From the NCBI GenBank assembly GCA_035084275.1, contig CM068748.1, positions 11,160,001 to 11,224,000 of the forward strand: DNA of 64,000 nucleotides. The letters run 5' to 3'. This stretch comes from Hydrolagus colliei (taxonomy: Eukaryota). Of the stretch, positions 1 to 12,360 are shown piece after piece. Position numbers and translations under genes: made by a program. Each line of letters starts with the position of its first letter. Within the stretch, counting starts at the first letter, position 1. The notes beneath the pieces are model-generated. The model saw only the letters and a program-made list of their open reading frames with translations. It was not told the origin of the DNA and did not search any database.

Positions 1-1582
1 TGAAAAAAGTCAATCAATAAAGATGTGTTTGGGAAATGTAAGGAGAGGAATCATCATGGAATAATAAAAATTATAGTTTAGAGCTCAAATACACAATGAG
101 TATTTTTGCTACATAGCCCATCAAGTGTAAAATTGTGCTAGCTCATTCACGAAATTCTTCAATCCCAATCACCTGTTCTTTCCATGCACCATAAATCAAC
201 CTTGTTCTGAGGAACAATGCATGGAATGAAAGCCAAAGAAAGAACAACAGAGGGAGCTAACTTTACATCAGATTATTAAGATTACTGCATAATGGTGGAA
301 AGTACACATCCTCCAGTTGAGATCCCTAGAGACATTTAATTGAGTTTCTGCATAATGCACATTTATTGAGCTCTACATATTATATTTGAAACCTGTACAA
401 TCACCAAATCTTTTGATTCTCCAATAATGTCTGATCACCAATCTATCACATAAAGGTACATAAATTGTATATAATTGTCCAGCTACTCAATCCATTGATT
501 TAAGTATCCAAATACAGAATTTCTATTGTGTTTTACCATTTCTTATGTTAATTTTAGTTACCTCAACTAACATTTGAATAATTTTCAGTTCACACAACAG
601 TGTCCCACAAACAGTCGTGGACTGAGTAACCAGATTTTTTTTTGCTTTGTAAGGGATTATATTTACTACATCAACTGCACTACCTTTATCAATCAGTTTT
701 TGAACATCAGTACAAAAGATGCAATCCTCCAGTCCTTGGGCACTGCTTCCATATCCAAGGAGGATTGAAAGATTGTGGCCAAAATATTTTGTTACAACAA
801 TTTTCATTTACATAGTGCCCTTCATGTGAATAGCAACTCAAGAGTACTTAAAAGGCTAAACCATCCGTACAAATGTCTTTCAGCAAAAACTGATGAACAT
901 AAAGTAGCATAAACTAAGTGCAACATTTGTGTCAAAACTAGAAAGGCTGCTGACTTCAAACAGTTGAGTAGAAAGTCACCACTGTACCTCTGATGTAATT
1001 TGGTAACACTAGTTTATTTTAAAGTCATTCATTATAAAGGCTTGCTAAATTTTGGGCTATATGCTTTGGATGAGGTGACTAGTATGGTAAATATACTAGA
1101 TTTTATTAGAATGATTAAAACCTGAAACAATTAAGCCGCAGACAATTTCATGCATTGTGGAGTCTGCTTCAGATATTTTTGTTGTAGGCTTATTCTGATG
1201 GGTAACATTTACATATAAAATTAACTCGATTTGAAAACCTGCGGTACTATCTCTACACTTCTGATTAAATAAATAAGATCTGTATTATTCACATTTATCA
1301 GAAATGCATTTACTGAAATTAATTTGAATCTTTAGAAAGAACAAAGAAATTAACTGCTGCCATCTGTTCATATGTCACAGCAGCAATTTTGGGCTCAGTG
1401 CTATTTCACCCATTGGAGCAAACAAACCTTATTATGAACCAACAGCAAATTATTTGTTTTACATAAACCAATATCAATTTAGTTCTCCCCACTCCGCCCC
1501 CACCCCCATTTCAGATAAGCCAGCTCCCTAAGTGATTGTCAGATAACTAGAACCAATACCATGAAAGGCAGTATAAACTAAA

Positions 1583-1790
1583 GCCTGGCTCAGTGGGTAG
1601 CACGTTAATCTCAAAGGCAGAAGGTTGTGAACTCAAGCCTCACGGCTGGATGTTCAACTAAAGTCTAGAATGTCATTCCAATACAGTGCTGTACTGCATT
1701 GTTGGAGCTGCATCCTTTAACTGATATGTAAAACCAAGTCTGTTTGATCCCACAGCACTCCTCTAAAAATGGGAATTGTCCCTAGTGTAA
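1583..1790 (+). mobile_element. Old Deu-domain SINE (SacSINE1-like), 5' part
   Basis: TGGCTCAGTGGGTAGCAC...CAGAAGGTTGTG..TCAAG head with degenerate body. Confidence 0.6.
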
Positions 1791-3804
1791 GGCTTACCAA
1801 GCCTTTTTTTCTTTGTGAATCTGATTTACAGGATGTGAAAGAACAAGAATAAACACAATGCACACATTAATAATGGATGCAGTGAGGGCCTGTTACCTTT
1901 GAGCTGGTTGAGACTCACTTTCCCAGTTTGTTGATGCTCTTCCTGCAGATCAACTCCTATTTCCTCCATGGTTTGCCACTTAATTAACTTCATTCTGGCT
2001 TCACACAGAGATAAAGAATGTTTGTGTAAACAACATTTAATTACTTCTATTCTCTCAAATTAATGTCCCTGGGCAGAGTTTACTGTTCGTTAGTTATCAA
2101 TCGTAGCCTCTGAAATGTCATTCCCTAAAGTGAAGTGCCATAACTAAATCTTCTAAGGATCATTGCACACATTTGAATAGAGAATTGAAGCAGTCGAAAA
2201 CCATCACTGCTTTCACATTGGTATGCAGAAAGACACCTCAAAGACTCAGTCACTCAACAATACTGAACCTTCTTTAACTTCATTATTTTTCTTAGGAATA
2301 CATTTTTCTAATTAATATGAAATGTATAATGTGTCTTCCTGGATTTATTCCTTTAGATATAAAGTTCTATTCAATAAATAGCATTGCAAGGTTATATTCT
2401 TTTAACCTCTTTATTAAGAATTGTTTCCATTGCATTTTAATAATTGACCATTAGTGACAAACTACTGTAACAACAATATAATACTACATTTTGTACTGTC
2501 CAAAAGTTACTGTTTTAGTTGCATTTATAACAAGAAGAGTTATAATACAATTGTAAGAAAAAAAATCTAATTATCAAACAAAACAATAGGAATTGAAGAA
2601 TGGAAGGAATTTGAATCGAGGAATTACTGCATTACTGCAAAATAATGAATTATTTGTTATTTGAAAAAATGAGCAAAATATTCTATGATGTTCCAATATT
2701 TTATGAAAGACATCAATTATTCCGATATCTTGATTCACTAACCCAATACAGTACTGTACTTTGAAGTCCCACATCACTACTCAATAAAGGCAGCAGATGA
2801 AGTAATCCACTTAATGTAAAGCATTCCGGCTCGGCAAAGGAGGATTACAAACAGCAATTCAACCTCTAGGTTCAGATGATGAGTTCTGCCCAAGTAAAGT
2901 AACATAAATAAACTGCTTGATTGGATTGCTGCTTTATAACCTAGACCGACCTATTCAGTAGCTCTATTTGGAAGACAAGATTGGGTGTCACTCATGACCT
3001 AATCATAAAGACCAAGGTTAGCAGTTTTGTTAACCAGAATATCTATGTAGAAAGCCAGCCAGGAAAATGTTGGGCACTACCTTTAACAAAGAGAGGAAAC
3101 AAAAGTTGAGCACGATTCCCATTCCCTAATCTCTTTTTGAATTAACCCTGCTCAAAAATGGGCACCTGGGAACGTCAAATGAGAACTCAACTGTGACTAT
3201 ATTCCTGTCTGGTTGAACTATATTGAATAAGCAATGTCAAGTAGTTTATTATCATAGGCAAGATATCAAGGGAATAAGGGAGAATAAAATTGTCATGACT
3301 TCCTAATGGTTGATTGAAGAGTAACATAAGTACCGACATGCGCGGTACAATTTACTTAACTCCTTGCATTGTGGGAAGTTCGTTCTCACAACCGAAGAGT
3401 CACACGTAGTTAATAGCCCTAGAAGAATTTAATAACACGGAGCACTGGTCCCAATCTAATAATAATAGCATTTGATATAGCACTGTTTCATATCAGGCGG
3501 ATATTTCAAAGTGCTTCATAGTATATATTGTTAAGTGTAGTGACTATTTTATAGGCAAACACATTGATTGAAATGGCTGTAAAGTCAACTACTTTCACAA
3601 CAAAATGCGAATGTAATTCTAGAAAACTAGAAAAAAAGTAATACAACAGATTTTTTTTAAATCACAATTTTTTAAAAAAAATCAGTAAATTTTAAGCATC
3701 GACAGCAATGGACACAGAATCATATATTGGATTGCATCAGTATATGAATATAGCAAATTCTCCATTTCAGCCATGAAGTGGCAAGTTGTGAATGAAGTAT
3801 AGTA

Positions 3805-3995
3805 CAGTAAAAGCCTGTTTATCCAGCACCCGATCAAGCCCGTTTAACCGGCATCGCAAAAAACGTTCACATTCGATTAACCGGAATTTATCCGGAAAAA
3901 TGCATTGAATTTTTTTTTCCCGGCCAAATATCCAGCACGCATTTTAACCGGCATTGGCCAGGTCCTGAGGGTGCCAGATAAATGGGATTTTACTG
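3805..3995. mobile_element. 191-bp Tigger-like MITE, same family as 16127-16839
   Basis: TA|CAGTAAAAGCCTGTTTATCCAGCACC ... GGTGCCAGATAAATGGGATTTTACTG|TA. Its right end is an imperfect reverse complement of the left end of the 16127 element. Confidence 0.8.
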
Positions 3996-4762
3996 TACTT
4001 TACTGAAGGGCAGTCAACTCTGAAACATTTATTTTACTATGTTTTCAATTACACGTACTGGTATATTCATAACGTATTGTATTTTGCAACATCATTGTAC
4101 ATTTTGAAAGCACAAGCTCAAATAAACAGCACCATCATGTGCCCAAATGTATATATTGCAGGTGAAAACACAATTGCATACAATATTTGATTAGCCACCT
4201 CTTTTTTCTGTTAAATACACAGTGTGGATTTAGGATTAGAGTTTTTTTTAATGCATATACTTAACAAATAATGTAGCCAACAAAATGATTTAATTTTACT
4301 ATTTCAAATGTGTTGCAATTCTGTTGTTGTCGGGGCTGGGACCATATTCACACACATATTCTATGTTTGGTACACTATTTGAGAAAAGATCTACCCATAA
4401 GGATGGGAACGCCAACAACAGAAATTAAAATTGACTTATTGTTTCATTATTCTTCCAGGTCATTTCAGTGGAGAACTGGCCTAACATGAGAGTTCAGCAG
4501 TATTTGGTGAAATGCCTGAAATATGTTACAGAGGTTATAAAATACATTGTCTGAGTAATGTGTGACAACATTAGTGACAACCATTCAGCCAGGATGATTC
4601 AGCAATTTAGTACATCACAAAGATGTACAGTACTTCCCTTATATTTACAAGTATATTCATACTTCCAAACCAGGTTGTCTATTGTCATGTGTGCTCACTG
4701 TTTAAATAATGAATATTTAACATTAAAATGAGACAGCTAAAGAAAGCATATATGAATGATTT

Positions 4763-5063
4763 TAATAATAATATTCCTTGCATTTGATATAGTATTTTTT
4801 TACATCTTATAGACAATGCAAAGCACTTCACAGAATATGCTGTAGTGTATTGACTGTATATATGTGGGCAAAATGTGCCAGCCAATTGCACAGAAAAGTG
4901 TCCCACAAAGAGTCATGCATTGAAATGATTAAAAAAAATCCCAAGAGCTTATTATCGGACGTATGGAGCAAGGAAACTTGCCCAAGATTTTGCCCTGCCT
5001 GGAATTGAATGCAGTTTTCTCACTTGTAAGACAAGTGCCCTAACCACTGAGCTGAAAGACTCC
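4763..5063 (-). mobile_element. tRNA-derived SINE (family A)
   Basis: Plus strand reads aataat..ccttgcatttgatatag ... aaggaaacttgcccaag ... taaccactgagct, colinear with the 33973 copy. Confidence 0.8.
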
Positions 5064-6628
5064 ACAATTATTCACTTACAGAAATTGCCCTCTCTTTTCC
5101 TCATTCTAAATTTAAGCAAACCCCAAATTTTTGACAAATTAGAAAAAATTGCGCTGTTAACATACAACAATCCATTTAGGACCTTAATAGCAGATGGCAT
5201 CTTGAAAATGCAACCCAAAAATGTATAGCTTTGACTCAATTTAAGTCCCCAAAATGGTGTTGCCTTCTACAGTACCTATAAGAATTCTATTAAAATCTGT
5301 TTCCGCTAATCATTTATCATTAGCTGCACTACAACATAATTTGCATTTATATCGCACCTGTTAAGAAGGATAACATCCCATAGCAGTTCACAGTGCTGAG
5401 GTCAGTTACAGGTTTTTGTTTTTCCTTCCCAACCATTTCCAATAGAGTACAAGTGAATTGAGAAAACATCACAGCAATCTACAGATAATAGTGTAAGTGC
5501 AAAATATAGTATGGTATTTGAAGGAGGAATTCACCAGAAGAAATAAATGGAAAAATGAAACAGTGTTTCATTGTTTCATTCAGTCATATTGCACTTACCC
5601 AAGAATAATGATTTCAGGATTAACAAGGAAAGAAAGTTGGAAATAAGGATTTTTAGAAAAACTAACAGTTTACACTCCATTTTGAGGCAAGTACAACATG
5701 TAAACACTGCTCCTAAACACAAATGTAACTACACTCTTCATTATATACTGGGCTACTTCATGAACCTATTTGACCCCCAAATCAACACCCCAAATCAAAA
5801 GTTGTTATATATACTAAATTATTCTGTTGAGAGCTCTGTAATATATATCCATACCCAGATGAATAAAATATAATCTACTTTTTCCACACAGAATAACTCC
5901 ACAATGTTATTTTATTGAAGCATCCATTGAACAGCCTTAGGTTGTTAGTTATACTATCCTTATCATTCACAATTGCCATCTCTATTCCTCATTATAAATT
6001 AAGAAACAATTTATTTTTTCATAAAACATCAGATATATACGAGATTATTTATTTTATTGTTAAAGAGTAAATTGTTAAAGAGTAATTACTTCAACTCAGT
6101 TCTTCCTCATAAATATCTAATATATATATATATTAAATTATCTTTATTTTAAATTATTATTTTATATTCAATTATCTTTCAGACACCTGTAATTGGGTTT
6201 GTAATTTCAATGATTGATTCACTGCCCATCAGTATTAACCAAACAGCATAAAATCTATTTGCTTCATATTTACCTTGATTGGCAACTAAGAAAATGTATC
6301 AAGAAGCAGGATTTCCTACTACTATATGTTGTTTGTCTTTTACAGAGTAGCCCAAATGTCTTGAGTGTGAAGAACTGAAATAATTGGCGAAGGGAAGCAA
6401 TTGTTCTATTTTAGTTACAACCGTTATTTGAATCTATTCCCAATGGCCCAATGGGTAAATATTCCACACAGAATCAAACCAATCAGCTCAACATCTGCAT
6501 TGAGCTTGTTTACCTGAAGTAAAATGGCTTTTATAAAAGGTTACGATGGGTTAGTAATCCACAAAGCTATGTTTGGGAATACCAGTAACAACCTAAACTT
6601 TTATATAACATCTTTCACACAGGGAGGA

Positions 6629-6965
6629 TAATAATAATCCTTGCATTTGATATAGCTTCTTCTCATGTCTTCGAGACATCTCAAAGCGCTTCACAGAGTA
6701 TACTGTAAAGTGAATTGACTATATATTTTGTGGGCAAAATGCAGCAGCCAATTGTACACAGCAGTATCCACAAACAGTCATGGATTGAAGTTACTTTTTT
6801 TTTAAAGAAATGAATTATTACGCCAAGAAGAGCGATCGCCAACTGAATATCAACCCGATTCCTACTTACTGCTAGGTAAAAAGAGGCATGTGGAGTAAGG
6901 AAACTTGCCCCTCATTACGCCCTGTCGGGAATCTAACCCAGTCACTTACTTAGAAGGCGAGTAGA
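6629..6965 (-). mobile_element. tRNA-derived SINE (family A variant with internal insert)
   Basis: Same tail and body as family A, with an extra ~70-bp segment near 6820-6890. Confidence 0.78.
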
Positions 6966-9449
6966 CTGAGTTTCACACAGCTGTATGGGAGCTATGCAAA
7001 ATGTTCTAAGAATACTGGTGTACATTTTGTACCTGTTCCACAAAAATATCTCAATCAGCAATGTTCATTCACCCTTTTCTGTTATTGGGCTATTCTTAAC
7101 AGAAGAAACAAATGACATAAAAAACAGAGGATCACTCATATGAATCACTTGCTATACAATAACAGACATACATTGTAATGTGTACATTGATAATCAAAGA
7201 GTTTTGGTGACCGTTATTTGAATCTTATCATTTTTTTCCTAAATTTTAATTCATATTTCTTGGCAGTTTTTGTACTCAAAAGTTGTAAATCACAAGGCTC
7301 AACATTCCACTCATTGTCATCTCTGAATTGGCAAACCACAAGATAATATTTTTAAATTCCTATTGAAAAGGCAGACCTCTGTCCCATCTCCATATACTCG
7401 CCAACAATTCCAACATCCTTTTTCTCGTCTCTGCTTCCAAACTCCTCACATCTCCAGGAGATGTATATGTAAATACATATAAAAGTAAGCTTTTTCAATA
7501 CCATCATACTAAATAAATAAATGTATAACTACAATCTATTCACATTTGACATTTTTGACAGCAAAAATGTATGAGTATGAATAGTGCGATTATGCATTGA
7601 TTACAAAAATGTAAGTTATGCAATTTTAGAGAATTCTGAATATCAAATTGTGCTCCGAAATTTTGCAAACAGCTTTTTAGGTTTATTTTCATTCTAGTCA
7701 CAAAGGTTTTACACGGTTCAACATCAATGCTTGCAGCATTTTCTATTTGAGTTGGTAGAATACTAGGAAGCTTGCCCAAAATGAGGAAACTAATAAGTGA
7801 AACAGGATTTCAACCAACAATTTAACAAATTAATCCTCTCAAGACACAATTTCAATCTCTCTGCCATTCCAGGTAATGAAAAGCTAACATAAAACAAGTT
7901 TGCATTCTCCTCATCAGTGCCAAAGAAAAACTGATCATGAACAGCTTCTACAACCATTTACATTCAACTCCAGATTATAACCTTTTTTTAAGAGAAAGAT
8001 GCATAAGTTAGACCATTAAAATATCCTATTACAAATATGCAACTAAACAAATGACCCAAGGGTAGAATCATGTAATGATCTCAAAATATTTGTAAGTATA
8101 GCACTATGAATGGCCCTTTCGATATCAATGTCAATTACTTAAAAGGCCACATTGTTAATGACTTTTTTATGCTTTAAAAGGCTCTTCAACAAATAATAAC
8201 TATTACACAATGAGGAGCAAAGAAAACAGGCGAACATTTATTCACTTAGGAGGACAGCATTTACAAGGGCATTTTTCAATTTTGTATGCCTTTTTCTTTC
8301 TTTTGCAAGTTATTTGTCAGCTGCAGTTCACTTGGCAAAGTGCCTTCTACTATTGAGAGGGTGAATTGTCAGCCTGCTTCCAGACTACTACCTATGATGG
8401 CCGTCAAACACTACTCACAATTCTTTAGTCTCTTCTTTTCCCTCATCTCTAAAGGGCAATGTCATAACCTCCACTTGACTCAAATTGGAACAGAGTGTAG
8501 TAGGGATCAAATCTAGTCTCATACACTACCACTCAAAGTCACTATGGCACTACTAAATCTCTTATTGAGAGGGAAAGTACTAACAAGTTAATAATAAAAC
8601 ATGATTTGAACTCGCATAGGCTGACATACAGTATTTTACTGGATAGAATAAATCTATATTTGTTTTTATATATACAATATACAAAAAAATACAAATAAAA
8701 TTTGGGTAGTGGCAAAGAAGGAGACATATTGATGTATAGGATACAAAATGTAATTTACATGCACACCAAGTTACAATGCCATACAATTTAAAAATAACCT
8801 GTGTAAATAATAGTAATCCTATATTTGGTATATCACCTTTCAAGTTGTGAGTACGTCCCAAAATGCTTCACAGGACATACAGTCAAAGTTATTAAAGCAG
8901 CCACCTCTATTCAGCAACCAGCTGCTGTCAACAACCACGTTGGAATAGTCCTGACTGATTTTCCATAACAAACTACCTCTATTTAGCAACAATTGAAACT
9001 GGAGGCCATTTTCTTTTACCCTTGATGGTGGACCCCTTGTGAATACACATACAGATATTCAATCCATTACAATCATTTCATGATCCAATTTGTGTGTGAA
9101 TCCTCCAGAACACTCCCATGCTCATTGCTCCATCTGGTGCCTTCATGGAACACAAATAAACAATAAGAGGGAAAGGAAAAAATTACCTCTATTCTTCATC
9201 AATGAAGGAAGAAATTGAAAACATGAATACAATCTAACAAAGACGGAATTAAAAATCCTCCACTATTTTTGTGTTTTATTGTTGCATGTGTAATCTGCCA
9301 TCTGTTCATTCCATGTTTAGATTTCCAATTGAGTTCATATTGTCGAGGGGAAAAAAGTCGTTATAATTTTAGCATTTAAAGTTTTTCTACAGTTTTTTGC
9401 TTCTTCAACACATTAACTTATGTGTTTTAAATGGTATTATTTATTATAT

Positions 9450-9790
9450 TCTAAATGTATATGATCAAGATATTAAACGGCGGGTTTAGCGGGTCATGGC
9501 TTGGATGTGGGGAACAAAGACAGTTAAGTATCAAACAAGATACCTAGGTTCCTGACTGGTTTGGTGAGGTTGAGGTGCAAACATGGAAGTTGATGCTGCC
9601 AGTGAATGATGTGTGAAGGCACTGGCGCAAGCCAATCAAGAGGGCCTCGGTCTTGTTGACATCCTACTATAGGAAGCTAGTTCTCATCCAGCACTTGAAG
9701 TCTGACAAACAGTCTGTCAGGACAGCAGTAGCCCTAGAGTCAAGGGTAGAGGCAGAAAGATGGAGTTGGGTGTCATCAACTCAAGTTAAA
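9450..9790 (-). mobile_element. L2 LINE RT-region remnant
   Basis: Minus GATGACACCCAACTC (DDTQL), AACAAGACCGAGGCCCTC (NKTEAL), AACCTAGGTATC (NLGI). Confidence 0.7.
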
Positions 9791-10048
9791 AGTTGATGAC
9801 AACATTGCAAGGTAAAAAGAGTCTAAGTTCATATTTATTTCTGCTTTTAAAATGCTGTACTTACACCTTGCTTCAATATACATATTTACTACTCTAACTG
9901 TACAAAGACCAATAAACTGCTTTATTTGGTTTTATTGACAGCTTGGGACCATAACTTTTTTTTCAGAAGGAACCACTATATTTATTAATATCAAAATGTT
10001 GAGTCTTCCCATCTCCCACTTAGAAGCTTACAGTATATGTATTCTTAC

Positions 10049-10257
10049 CAAGCTGTTCAACTCTGATGACTCAAGGCTACCACACTGCTCGACTGTGCCT
10101 ATTGGTTCCATTCCCTCTTCATCCCACAAGTAAGTACCAGCTGAGCTGCTGGAAGGAGAAAGTTCAGAGGAAGAGCCGAGTGGGCAGTTGTCATCTTGAG
10201 ATACAAGGTCATTGCTTGATCCAGTAGTCTGGAAATTCTCCAAGTCCTTACATTGGT
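10049..10257 (-). CDS. CCSER2: CCSER2 second coding exon
   Basis: Acceptor ttgagtag|AC at 10257 continues phase 1 in frame: DQCKDLENF...ELSPSSSSAGTYLWDEEGMEPIGTVEQCGSLESSELNSL. GTY(M/L)WDEEG(L/M)EPIG is the conserved CCSER1/2 block. Donor TTG|GTAAGA after 10049, phase 0. Confidence 0.9.
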
Positions 10258-10937
10258 CTACTCAAGACATAAATAAATTGTTATTTTAATATATAAGGAA
10301 TAATGACACTTCAAAGCTATCAATCAGTCAAGACAAAGCAGAATCAAACAGACAAAGACACATTTCTGTTTTTTTCTAATATTTATTTTACTATTATAAT
10401 CATTTGAGAATTAGAATGTGAATTATGTAGCCCCCAACACATTACTCTTTTGTTATGAAAAAAGGATCATACCCAAAACATTAACTCACTTTCTTGTTCA
10501 AATGCTAAACAATGCAAATTTTTACTTTCCTGTTTTGCATCCAAACCAAAGGATTAGCACAACATTCCTCTGGTTAATTAACCACGTATAACAATTTAAG
10601 GATTTAAATTCTAATATACTAGGTGGGCACTGCTTTTCATTTCATAGTCATGAAAAATGAGTATCAAAATATTTTTGTATCCATGTTTGTAATGCATCAG
10701 AGATAAACATTTATTTTCTTCCACAATATGCAAATATCAAATAATGATTTGATATTGGGAACCCAAATGTAATAGATCAGTTTATGGAGTGAAAATGTTG
10801 ATCAGGAAACAATAATTGAAAGAAGTGACTACTAATATCACACAATAAGAATTACAGAATTACATTCCTTGGAATGTAAAAAAACACTAGTTTGACTAAA
10901 TGCAAATTAACTCAATCTCCTACTTCACTTTACTCAC

Positions 10938-12360
10938 CGGACAAGCTAGCCTCTAGCCATTCTGTATCAGTATTGCCACAAACAAGAGTTTCATCTGCTC
11001 CTTCTGAAGTAATAAACTCATTGCGTTTCTGCAAATTATCAGAAATTTCTACGGAAATAGAATCACTACTATCGGCAATTTCTGCAATTCCTAAATAAAG
11101 AAAAGGTTCACTTTTATTATCCTGGTTAGATCTGGAGCCAGTTAATGATGTCAACACTACCAAATCATCAATATACTTTTTTGAACTCGATTCAGACTCT
11201 TCACAAACTTCAGGCAAACTTTTTTCATCTTTTGTATTCACAATGGCTATTTGGTGGTCAGTGGTATTTTCGTTATTTCCATTTTCGTTAGTTGACGTAT
11301 TTTCAAACGTTGAAATCCTAGGTATTTCTTCTATTGTTCCAGATATTGGATTTCCTCGTCCTGATGAGGTCAACCTACTAGGCTTAATCAATGAGGATCT
11401 TGTTGTCTTGCAGGCAGAGGAAGAAGTGTAAAACAAAGATGTTGAACAACTAGGAAGTTGTGGTCTTTTGAAGGCAGATGACGGTGCTTTTATGCATGAT
11501 TTATTGGAAGTATCTTGGAATGGTAATTCACCTGTGCTTGAGCCTTCAGTACCCCTTACATTCCCATAGGAAAGAACCTTTGGTTTTAAACAAAGGTTTT
11601 TTCTTATCTGCTGTTGCAGACAAGTCCCAGAAACATCTACAGCCTTTGAAAAAGACAAAGATCTTGGTATTCCAACACTAGTAGAAGAGTCACTTGGCGT
11701 TGAATATGAAAAACTTTGTGACCTAACGATGTTCTCATCTGCTAAGTTTTTCAAGCTCTCTGTGGATTGGTTAAGGCTTGAATTGCTGGATCCAGAGAAA
11801 GTCTCTCTTTTCTCAGGTGCTTTTACAATTGTCCTTTTATAAAAATGACCAAATGAATGAGACTTTGAGATAGGAGAAGATGTGATTGACTTTCCTGGAA
11901 TTTTACCCTTATTTCCTTTTGAATAATGGTTTAAGTCAGCCACAAGGTTTTTACTTTCCTCTACATGAGACACAGTCTGCTTCTGTTTTAAACCCTTGGA
12001 TGCTGCAGTGGACTTGCTCTTAAACCCAAGGTTTGCATGATCTTTCACATCCTTAGAATTTTTCTCAACTTTCACAAAATCCACATTAGTTGTAGTGTTA
12101 GGAAAGGAACTACTGGAGTCCTCTGTTTCACGTTCATCGAGCTTAGTTTTACCAGACATTTTCCAGTTGAAAGAAAAGGCACTTGCACGGCCAATCCCAT
12201 TCTGCTTGCTGCTAGGTTTTGAACTGTTCGAAGTGCTGACAGTATGAACATAGGTTCCATTTGGTACAGGCTGGGGAAGCAAAGTTAATTTAGGGCCTCC
12301 TCCACCAAATTTGGGCAATCTTGAACCTGAGCAGAGTTTGCTCTGTGCCTTTTCTTCCAT
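10938..12360 (-). CDS. CCSER2: CCSER2 (serine-rich coiled-coil domain protein 2 / FAM190B), first large coding exon
   Basis: Ser-rich ORF starting MEEKAQSKLCSGSRLPKFG...PQPVPNGT...SFNWK and containing IVRSQSFSYS, matching the recalled CCSER2 N-terminus (MEEKTQIKTFLGSKLPKYG...QPMPNGT...SFNWRK). Acceptor ttatgtcttacag puts the exon start at 12398 (38 nt of 5'UTR). Donor CCG|GTGAGT after 10938; 1423 coding nt, phase 1. Confidence 0.88.

Noticed and set aside
1-10000. Search for the next CCSER2 exon (expected DILNNL..CDL.DDDLMLD)
   Set aside because: Not found by eye; it probably lies beyond the left edge, so no further canonical exons are called.
10451-10500. Possible Penelope-type hammerhead remnants (also ~4003-4030 and 30215-30245)
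   Set aside because: The catalytic core CTGANGA...GAAA and the stems are not intact; too degenerate to call.
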